Positions 53,951 through 64,000 of a stretch of 64,000 nucleotides of DNA are shown here, piece after piece (position 1 is the first letter of the stretch; every line of letters starts with the position of its first letter). The stretch spans positions 94,178,001-94,242,000 of the forward strand of contig NC_043003.1 of the NCBI RefSeq assembly GCF_006345805.1, in the 5' to 3' direction. The stretch comes from Octopus sinensis (lineage: Eukaryota). The position numbers and the translations under genes were made by a program. The notes under the pieces are model-generated. The model was not told the origin of the DNA. It did no database searches and saw only the letters and a program-made list of their open reading frames with translations.

Positions 53951-54338
53951 TACGAAGGTCGGCTGAAAAGTTCATAGACTGACTAAAGTATTCTCATGGA
54001 ATGTGAACAGATTAGGTTTATTTTTAAACATAGTCCCCCTTGTGCTTCTCAAACTTCTATCGGTGTTGCGTGCCTGAAGAAACACTCATGCGGTTGGTTC
54101 AAAAGTCATCGACAGCAGATATGAAGTCATCATAACAGCGATACTGGTTCCCAGCCAAAGGTTTTTTTTCCTATTGGGGAACAGATGGTAATCAGATGGG
54201 GCTGAATCAGGAGAATAAGGAGGGTGATGCACCAGTTCAAAGCCACAGTCCCGCACAGCAGCCGTTGAAACCAAGAACGTGTCCGCTGGAGCACTGTCTT
54301 GATAAAACAAGACCCTTTTCGTCAGTATTCTTGGGAGA
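53951..54338 (-). mobile_element. mariner 3' fragment (catalytic C-terminus plus TIR)
   Basis: VLFYQDSAPA...GFELVHHPPYSPDSAPSDYHLFP; terminal TA|CGAAGGTCGGCTGAAAAGTT TIR. Confidence 0.85.
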
Positions 54339-56539
54339 AGACACACACAGACACAGACAGACAGACAGAATGGATTTTATATAATATATATATATACATA
54401 GTTGCTAGGGTCACTCTCAAAAGTTGTGGACATACCTTCTGTGTCGGTGTAAGGGTACAAGTAGATAAATAAAAATCACATACGCGGGAAATTTGACTGT
54501 GGACTATTGTGTTGCTTCCACTTACAGCTGTTTCCAGAGTAAGAGATGGAAAGAGAGACTGAAAGAGAGTTTACTGTAAGACAGAAGAGGGGGTGAAAAT
54601 TACCTTTAAGGGGAGAAAATTATATAAATATAACGAATTAAAATATTATAACGTTATGAAGAAACAAATAAATTATACGTAAAGTCAGACAAGAAAATAC
54701 ATGGAAATATAAAATGAAAGAAGAACAACGTAAGCATGTGTACAATGAAAATGCAAATGTTAAATAAAGGGAAACAGAAGTGATTTTAACATTTCGAATT
54801 ATATTCTTGCTCAAAGAGAAGGAAAAGTAATAAAATAACCTTAATAACAAGAAAAATAAATGATACAGAATTTACAACGTCTGTTTATATAGCGTGCCTA
54901 CCGTGGAAAAAGAAGTTGGTGAGTGTGATAGCAGGGTCGTATTGAAAGTAAGTATCAAAAAAGTGAGTTAGAGCAGGAGAAAGAAAGAAGGAAAGAGAAT
55001 AAATTGGGAGAAAGAAGAAAAGAGAAAGTGAGAAACAGAGAACGCTGAAAGAGAGAAGCAGAAGAGAGATAAAACGAAAGAGAACATCGGCGGGGGACAA
55101 AATTTGAGAGCGGTAGTGGGAAGCTCAAAATATTGGTATACTGTGTGCTATGACGTAAAATTAAATGTGCAGTATTTTCATTTCTAGGTATGCTGAATAG
55201 AATTTAATAGTAGTCAAAGCAAATAAAGTTTGTGTATATGTATGAGCAGCAGTCATTCTTGCAATAAAATACGCTCAGCTAAGAACATAAATATATAGGC
55301 ATAAACGTATCCACATACAAGCAGACAATAGCGTACACGAACTCAGAGACACACATATAAATCCGGCTTTCTTGTCACGTTTTCTTCCTTATCTATTGTC
55401 TGCAATACATTAACATTTGAATAAGTTTCCACATCCATTCTCAATCCAACCTCTGTTATTCAACCCTTACCATAATTCTCATATCCGCTACTCTTCGCTT
55501 TATTCAATCCCAGTATAATCATAACCGCTCTATCCTTCATACCAACGCTCTTTCATATTTTTACTTCCCCGTATCTCACTAAATCATGCCCTGTTCCCTC
55601 CAACTCCACAAACTTCTGTTTGAATACCCATACCATGATACTCAAAATCCATATATTAAACTACTGGATACGTTACACACAGTTACACCGCTTTTATCCC
55701 ACACATCCATACATCCATGACAACACCTACATTTTTATTACATCATATATACGCACAAATATAATCACTGGAGTAGGCTTTGTAAGGCTGTACGTTCCTG
55801 GGTGTATATATGTGGCTGGTTGTTTGTGTGTTCTTGTGTGTAAATATATATTCCTATACGCATAAACATTTACATTCTTACCTAGATGTTTTATACTGTA
55901 CGAATGATAGTTGTGCACACAGTTGTACAAATTTTATATTTCTTGACATTTGTTACATTCTAGTCTCCAACAACCTAAATAAAAGGATAGTACATATAAC
56001 CAATCTACCCTTTATATACACAGTAATACTTTATGCTTTTTACTCTCACTATCTGCCTCACTTTTTCCCTTCTTCTCTAGTCTTCTCTACCGCGCCTTTC
56101 CTGTTCCTTCTCTCTTTCGCTTTCATTTTATCTCTCTTTTCTTACTCTCTCTCTGAAATCTACTTTCTGCCTCCACTTCCGTTTCTACTTTCTCACAACC
56201 CAAATACCTTTTTATACAAAGCCTGCTATATATTAACGACAGGCACAATTTACTTTTTACATTTCCACTAAATTTTCTCATTTATTATTCTTTTCTTTGA
56301 TTCAGTATATAAACCGAAAAGTTAGATTCTCATCTATTTCTTGCGTAGGCGCATTTATTTTCATTATAAACATGATTCCACTGTTATTGATTCGTAATTG
56401 TATGAACAATTTTCAGTATTCTTGTCTGAATTTTCATGTTATATGTTTGTCTTGCTACTTAATTTTATTCACTCGCTTTCTTCGTGTGATTCTTATCTTT
56501 ACACACACACACACACACGCACAGATAAATAAATAATAA

Positions 56540-56612
<73 letters not shown>

Positions 56613-56616
56613 CATA

Positions 56617-56745
56617 AACGACAGGCTTCTTTCAGTTTCCGTCAATGAAATCCACTCACAAGGATTTAGTCGACTCGAGAAGACACTTACTTAAGGCGCC
56701 ATGCAGTCAGACTGAACCCAGAACCATGTGGTTGGGAAGCTAATT
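56617..56745 (-). mobile_element. SINE family 1 head fragment
   Basis: ACGACAGGCTTCTTTCAGTTTCCGTC...GAACCCAGAACCATGTGGTTGGGAAGC. Confidence 0.75.
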
Positions 56746-58454
56746 TAGCTAATGCTTAGCCAGCGGATGGTGTCCAATAATTATATTACAACTAATATTC
56801 TTACATGGATCTTAGCAGACATTTTGTTTAGGTATTGATGATATCAACTTATATACTCATGCCGAAAGTGGTAATTTTTGCTTGCACTTGATATTAAAAT
56901 ATTGCTAACAGAATTATAGACAAGAAAAGAAATACGACCGAATCGGTAAAATATATATCCTAATTAAATTTTACAGTGTGTAATATCCCCATAGTACAAG
57001 AATATATAATTTCTTAAGATTAAATCTCAAGTCTTTCTCATAATTCATCATCAAAGAATTTGTTTTTATTTAGTAACACTATATGCATGAAGGGGAATTA
57101 ATAGATGATGTTACCAAGAATAAAACAAAATTAAAACTAAACATCCAGTGCTTAAATTTCTGAGGAGAGTTAATGAAGTTTATAAATATTTTCGCATTGT
57201 CTTTAAAGGGTATTTACAACATTTATTTTGGGGTCAGTTTGGTCTCCGAACTTAAGGTATATTTGCACACTCGATTCGAATTATAGATATTTAATTCTAA
57301 AGTGAGTGATATCCTTAGCTACGAGACCATTGGTCCTCGTATTTTTCATGACGATCATAAATGAAACCGATTAAAACGTTCTTTTTTCCCCTTACCATCA
57401 TGACGACAAACACGCTTTACAAGCGCTACTGTTTGTCATATAATTATCGTAGGAAATTACAAACTTCCATTCCCAGGTGCCTCTCTTAATGGTGTTATTG
57501 ACAAGAATAACCAATCCTGAGAGGGAAACCGAATCGATTCCAGTGCTTTACTGACCCCAAAAGAATGAAGGGAAAATGATGAATTCAGTGGAATGGGAAC
57601 TCGGGATGTAGATACCTGGTGTAAATATTCTAAAGCTCAGTAATCGACGATCTCACGACACCACCAAAATTTTACATTAAAACGTCAATGGTAGAAATAT
57701 CATAAACTTAGACTTTAATGACGAGGCTGGTCATCAAGAAAATTTATCATTTTACAACGATCTGTTACTTAACAATGTGATAGTTCTTGTAAAATAAGGT
57801 GAGGATATAAAAATTTTAATCTATCTTGATATTATTCAGTTGTCAAAAATATTTAAGTTTTGATTTTCAACAGATTATACCTATATGTATATTTCACTTC
57901 ATATTTAAAAATTTTTTGTCGATAGCAAATAATTGTGGCACATTTTTCATTCTTGAATTTCATATTGGTTCTTCATGTTTATACATTGTTCATTTCACTC
58001 TAAATGTAATTATTTAGAAAGATTGGAGGTCCCAAATGTTGTTGACATTTATCATCTCATTTTATTTGTTTTGCATTCAAATTATTAATTTTTTTTTACC
58101 TCGTTATATTGAATATGAAACACAATGAAATATATATACTTTATGAGAAAACTGAAAAACGAAAACAACAGAATATCAAAATAAATTGCAAAGACATTTT
58201 GAGAATAAACATTGTCTTTCCCAAATTTAATTTTGATTGATCATTTCTTTTGTAATATTCTTATATGTATACATCTCGAAACAGTTCAATAAGCAGAACA
58301 ATATGTCATGATAGCACGGTATCAAGTGAAATAAAATCGACAGAAGAATAACATGCTAAGATAACTAACAGCGTATCAAATACACTTTACCGAAAACGAG
58401 AATATGAATTTATATTTGAGTCATGTGATTGAACATGGACGTGGTTTATTATAT

Positions 58455-58665
58455 TCTTTTAGATTAGAGGCTCAAGGCCTGACATTTTGAGGGGAAAGGG
58501 TAAACGATTACATCGACTCCAGTACTCAACTGGTACTTATTTCATCGACCCTGAAAGGATGAAAGATAAAGTCAAGTTTTGCGGCATTTGAACTCAGAAT
58601 GTAAAACGGACGATATACCACAAAGCATTGGCATGCTAATGATTCCGTCAATTTGCCACCTTCAA
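58455..58665 (-). mobile_element. SINE family 2
   Basis: CTCCAGTACTCAACTGGTACTTATTTCATCGACCCTGAAAGGATGAAAG...TTTGAACTCAGAATG...TTGCCACC. Confidence 0.75.
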
Positions 58666-58897
58666 GAATACTGAAAATGATAATCATGTCCTATGGAGTC
58701 ACGTAAGATATATATACAATATTGAACTAATTATAGAGTACGCTGGAACTGATTTTTTTTTAAAATTAACGCCAGAAGTATTTTTGTTAATGAGAGCAGC
58801 GGTATGCTATAAATTCAGAATAAAGATGTATGATATTAAAAGTCACTCTTCAACCATTCCTGCAACTTTGCCACACCATCACTTTGGTGGTGGGACT

Positions 58898-59027
<130 letters not shown>

Positions 59028-60734
59028 ATCACATAAATTTATTAGGACATAGATCAATTATTGCCATAGCTAATTATATAAAACTCATTTACATTTGCTA
59101 GCCACAAACGAAGAGTGATAATTTAACTAGAAGCCATGCATTGAAATAAGAGATACTAATTAATGGAATCGGGAAATAGAGGAAAACCACCAATATCTTA
59201 ATGTCTTTGTATTATATATGCAAAGGATACCTAAAAAATGAGTGGGAAATAGAGAGAGATAGCATTATCACGGTATTTGGATGTAGGTTGCAATGATTGA
59301 AATAAAAGCCCATCAAACCAATGATATTGATTTACAATCTGTTCAGTCACTGAAGGATTTATTTACGAAATGTCATCTCTGTATACTGATATGGGATTAT
59401 ATTTGATAAAATACGTTGGATTTCAGGAATTTGAATTCGTCGAATAGATAAGATATCAACATTATCAGACAATGTGTTATAAGTGCAAAATCACTACAGC
59501 TGTTGCTTAAAACTAAATCTGCACTTAATGAATAGACCTTTAATAAAAAGAATTCCAGATACTACCACTTTGTATTCTTTTGATTATTTGCACAAGGCGT
59601 CAATCTCGTCTTTTTGATACAATGTGTTTGACATATTTTGCTGATAATTTCTAGTAAGAGACCATATAGTGGTTGTTGGCTTGCAATCAATGAATCAATT
59701 TTGTTAGGTCTCTCAGAAAGACGGAGTTATAGTTGTCAAATATACACGTAAACAACAACCTTCGATATAAAATGGAAGAAGGCACATAGAATCATGCTGG
59801 AATCTCTGGATGCCTAAAAAAAATTCTGAAGTATGGTGTTTTATTGTTTATAAAACCCACATAAAACAGCAATTATGTCAGTTTAATTACAGTTAGGAAT
59901 CACAGGCTCACAAATTATTATCTACACTACACTTGAGGAATCCGTAAATGTCTACACAAATTCTGAACAGTGCTATTTTACATCTATAAAACAGTGATTT
60001 GCTCAGTTTAATAAAACTTAATTGTCATTTATGTAAAATTATGATTTATTTGTAAGCCGGCATACCCGTGTCGCAAAATATTCCTAATCTAGAAAATGGC
60101 GCATCAAAGCTGATGCAGTGATCTTTGATAACTGATGAAAATATTATTGTCCACATAATATAAATATGACTTTTCAACGGCTGAACACTCTTCCTATCGA
60201 CAGCCCTCATTCATTTGCAGGTAAGATAATACTTCACCATGCGCAGATATGTATTCACAGGTGATTGGAAACAAACGACACCGCTTGAATGACTGGGACA
60301 CTCGTTAACAACTACAACACGATGTCAAGGTAATGAGATTGGAAAATATACACACATGCATATATGCACATAAACACGCACATACACAAACACACACACA
60401 CTCAAACACAGACACACACACACGCACACATATATATATATATGTCAATGTTCCGGTTTAAGCAGATGACGTCAGTCATGGATGAGTGGATGTGTACCAG
60501 TGTGCATTTGACCGTTCAGTTCTGAGAAAAGGATCAAAGACAATGTTACACGCACTCATGACAACATGGTCTGTCACCGAAAAAGTACCATATATATATA
60601 TGTACACAAACGGATATTTATACAAACATTTATGCATGTACATACATATAAATGTGCATGTGTGTGTGTATGTGCATGTCTTTTCAGAAAACATTCTGCA
60701 GCTCAATTGTCTTGAGAACTTTTTATTGTTGTGC

Positions 60735-60767
<33 letters not shown>

Positions 60768-60770
60768 ATA

Positions 60771-60985
60771 TTAAATGAAATGAAGCAACAAAGCCAAGGC
60801 TGTATGGAATTTTCAGAACATTTATAAAGAGAAAGTTAGTTTTACAGCTGTTTCTGGGAGATATTAAGGATATCTCTTCATCAGATATCTCTAATATCCC
60901 AGAAACAGCTGCAAGACTAACTTTCTCTTTATAAATGTCCTGACAATTCCACACAGTCTTCGCTTTGTTGTCTCATTTTATTTAA
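60771..60985. repeat. Foldback (about 95-bp arms, 27-bp spacer) centred on a hammerhead motif
   Basis: 60771-60865 is the reverse complement of 60893-60985, with about 10 differences. Minus-strand CTGATGA AGAGATAT-CCTTA-ATATCTC CCA GAAA CAGCTG TA at 60841-60884. Confidence 0.85.
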
Positions 60986-61125
60986 GATATACATGCCCAT
61001 ACAAGACCCGCATTAAACTCCTCGATTGTATTATTATCGAACCGAGAGTCTAGCTGCAGTCCTTCCATACCACTTACATAGCCTAAATCTGCCACCTTGG
61101 TTTCTTCTCTCTCACTCGTTCTCTT

Positions 61126-61235
<110 letters not shown>

Positions 61236-61702
61236 AATTATTAGAGAGTTACCACTATGTGGGTAGCTCTAGTGCTAAAAATAGCTCCGATAGTATAGCC
61301 ACAGAAAAGATGTTTCCAATTAGAAATAGCATTACATTTAACGGAAGGAAAGTGAAACATAACGAATAAATAGATTGACCCTGAACGATTGTTTCATTAC
61401 TAATGTAATATGTAATTTTACTTACATAGGCATCTATAAATCATCAGCAGAGGTTTGTCTTAAATACAATTTATTAGACCAACGCGAGCGTCACATACAC
61501 GTGCGGTTTAACCAATGCTTATAATGGCTTATATATGCCCTCTGTTTAGATATATTTGTCGGCTTTGACGAGTATTATTGATCTTGGAACTTGTCTCTTT
61601 CAAATTAATACCCAAATCTAATATATATGCATATATATGCATATATATATATGTATCTGTGTGTATGTGTGTATATGTGTATGTGTTTTTGTATGTATAT
61701 AG

Positions 61703-61758
<56 letters not shown>

Positions 61759-61913
61759 GTGTGTGTATATATATATATATATTATATTAAATTAGAGACA
61801 AAACCACTATTAGGCAAATCATACAATGAAAAACTTAAGCCAATACATAAGATTATTTAATTTATATTATTTAAATATATAACAAAATTATTAAAAAAAT
61901 ATAATTAATATAT

Positions 61914-61974
61914 CACTACGATCGTTTCATGGCTGTTAATTTCTTTAAATTTTCGAGTTACAGTCATTCATCAG
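61914..61974 (-). ncRNA. Inverted hammerhead copy lacking the 5' strand of stem I
   Basis: Identical to 62311-62371 but preceded by CTAA instead of CCAC. Confidence 0.6.
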
Positions 61975-62307
61975 TTAGTTTATTTGTATTTTGAAATTAG
62001 CTATTTCATATTTAAATATGAAAAATTAAATTTATTAGGTTTTCATTATATACAGTTATTTATAGAGATTATTTTAAATCTTGATTATAATATTTATATA
62101 TATTTTCATTTCATTTTAAATATTTATGTAATTAGATATAGACAAATATTGATATGACCTTATAAATTAAAGTTAATATTTAACATTATAGTCGATTTCG
62201 ATATAATCATATTTGATAATAGAGTTTATTATAACTAAAATTATTATATTATATTATATATATTATTTATATCTTAAAAATATTGATTATATTTTAGATA
62301 TTTAAAC

Positions 62308-62371
62308 CACCTGATGAATGACTGTAACTCGAAAATTTAAAGAAATTAACAGCCATGAAACGATCGTAGTG
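62308..62371 (+). ncRNA. Type I hammerhead ribozyme motif
   Basis: CAC CTGATGA ATGACTGT...ACAGCCAT GAAA CGATCG TA GTG; intact core, palindromic ACGATCGT stem III. Confidence 0.8.
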
Positions 62372-62582
62372 ATATATTAATTATATTTTTTTAATAATTT
62401 TGTTATATATTTAAATAATATAAATTAAATAATCTTATGTATTGGCTTAAGTTTTTCATTGTATGATTTGCCTAATAGTGGTTTTGTCTCTAATTTAATA
62501 TAATATAATATTTTACTATAAAATTGGATTCAATCCTAAATCTGATTTTTCCCTGTAATTTTGGATTTATTCCCTAATATTT

Positions 62583-62614
<32 letters not shown>

Positions 62615-64000
62615 TTATATATATATATATATATGCACACACCTATTCATGTATGCATGTCTATGTGTGTGTGTATTTTATTGATATTACATTTAATATT
62701 TAATTTCATATGTATGTGTAGGTTGTATATGTTTGTGTAAGTGTGAAATTTATAAATTACATATAATTTACGATAAGAAAATTCACTTTCATTATGGTTA
62801 AAATACCAGCGACTCTAGAGCAAAATCTCTCACTATAGTTCGCCTGCATTCAGCGTTTCTGACTATTACCCATCCCCACTCCATTTGTTGCTTTAGTTCC
62901 CTCTACCAGCATGACCGACGTCGAACACATGTTTTATCATATGTAAGATTGGGAGAATGTAAACATCGTTCTACGTTGTTGCTTCTGTTTTGTATCTGAG
63001 ATTGATGTTCATGTACATACTTTGTTCATGTTCACTACTTTGTCAGAACGCTTTATTCACGGGTCAGATTTCGCAGAGATTTAGCGGGGATCTGCCTGGA
63101 GGAGTGATTCCTAGTCCCGCCTACTTGTTTACCTGTAAATGAAATAGAAATGAGCATCAATACTAAGAATTCGTGTGGCTCACAAAATCATATAGTAATA
63201 AAATATTTTGATTATTCATAGCCGGATTGATACTAATGAAGGGTAGATCAGCACTTTTGGTATTAATATATAGACAACTATTTTCCAACATTTTCAGAGA
63301 TAATAAACAACAGCAATAGAAAGAATGATAATAAAGAAGAGTCTGTTTGAAACTCAACAAAATATTTGGATATAGAGAGAGTCTAATATCTTATCAAAAC
63401 GATTATATTGCTTCTACTAGTAAGGAATAACTTAATTTTGCAACATTCAATAAGAAATTAAATTTCATTAAACCTACTTCTGAAAGAGAGTTTCTGATAA
63501 AAGGATATTTTATCTAAATTATAGATCAGAGCATTTGGATGTTACCTTTTTATTTTATTTTAAATGTGTATTGGAAAAGTAGTTTCAAGATAGCATGTAA
63601 GTTTGAAAATGTTTGAAAGATGATAATATCACCGAGAAAAATAGAATTAGTTTGAGAGGTGACAGAATTATTGCAAACAGTAGAAGTAGCAATAAAATTT
63701 GAAATAATTATGATTTTCTATAGATTCTTGTTAATTTCTGGCAATCTAGTTGAATAGATCGGTTTAGAAAACAATTACTTCGTCGATTTTCAGGAGAAAT
63801 ATGTTGCAGCATAAAATCTGCTAGGTCATCACCCAGCATTGACGAATTTTGAATGAAACGAGATACACGTCTAAGGTTCGCAATCAAAAAAAAATGAGGT
63901 GTAATTTTTTCATATCCTTTGGACATTTGCATGAAGCAAGAAAATAAAAGAATCGGAAAATTAAGTTAATTTACCTCCTTATAATCGTTCATCATTAAAA

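Larger units (their letters stand above)
61779..62506. mobile_element. Penelope pLTR-type element with 196-bp apparently perfect inverted repeats, each carrying a hammerhead
   Basis: 61779-61974 is the reverse complement of 62311-62506; both outer ends are TAGTGGTTTTGTCTCTAATTTAATAT. Confidence 0.85.

Noticed and set aside
62805-62835. GCGACTCTAGAG and CTCACTATAG resembling polylinker or T7 promoter sequence
   Set aside because: Only short partial matches and no contiguous vector sequence; likely chance.

Overview
AT-rich (roughly one-third GC by eye), microsatellite-saturated eukaryotic non-coding DNA. The SINE families and repeat landscape look like an octopus (coleoid cephalopod) genome; this is an inference from repeat recognition. 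No intact host protein-coding gene is recognisable, and most ORFs in the supplied track are translations of (TA)n/(CA)n/(TACA)n repeats. All recognisable coding sequence is decayed transposon: a Neptune-like Penelope retroelement (RT plus GIY-YIG, 23510-25905, minus), an RTE/BovB-like LINE, a Helitron PIF1-type helicase fragment with its 3' hairpin-CTAG end, two maT (DD37D) elements, four mariner fragments and a possible hAT relic. There are also many tRNA-derived SINEs. The most notable signal is invisible to the ORF track. Reading both strands by hand gives about 16 type I hammerhead-ribozyme-like motifs (stem I - CUGANGA - stem II - GAAA - short, mostly palindromic stem III - UH - stem I) in at least six sequence families. 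They sit in short Penelope pLTR-like units that end in microsatellites, and several are in inverted (foldback) arrangements. They include a family with a long stem II, a family with a shared A6U core variant, and a 196-bp apparently perfect inverted repeat. Ribozyme activity and the link to the Penelope element are inferred, not shown.
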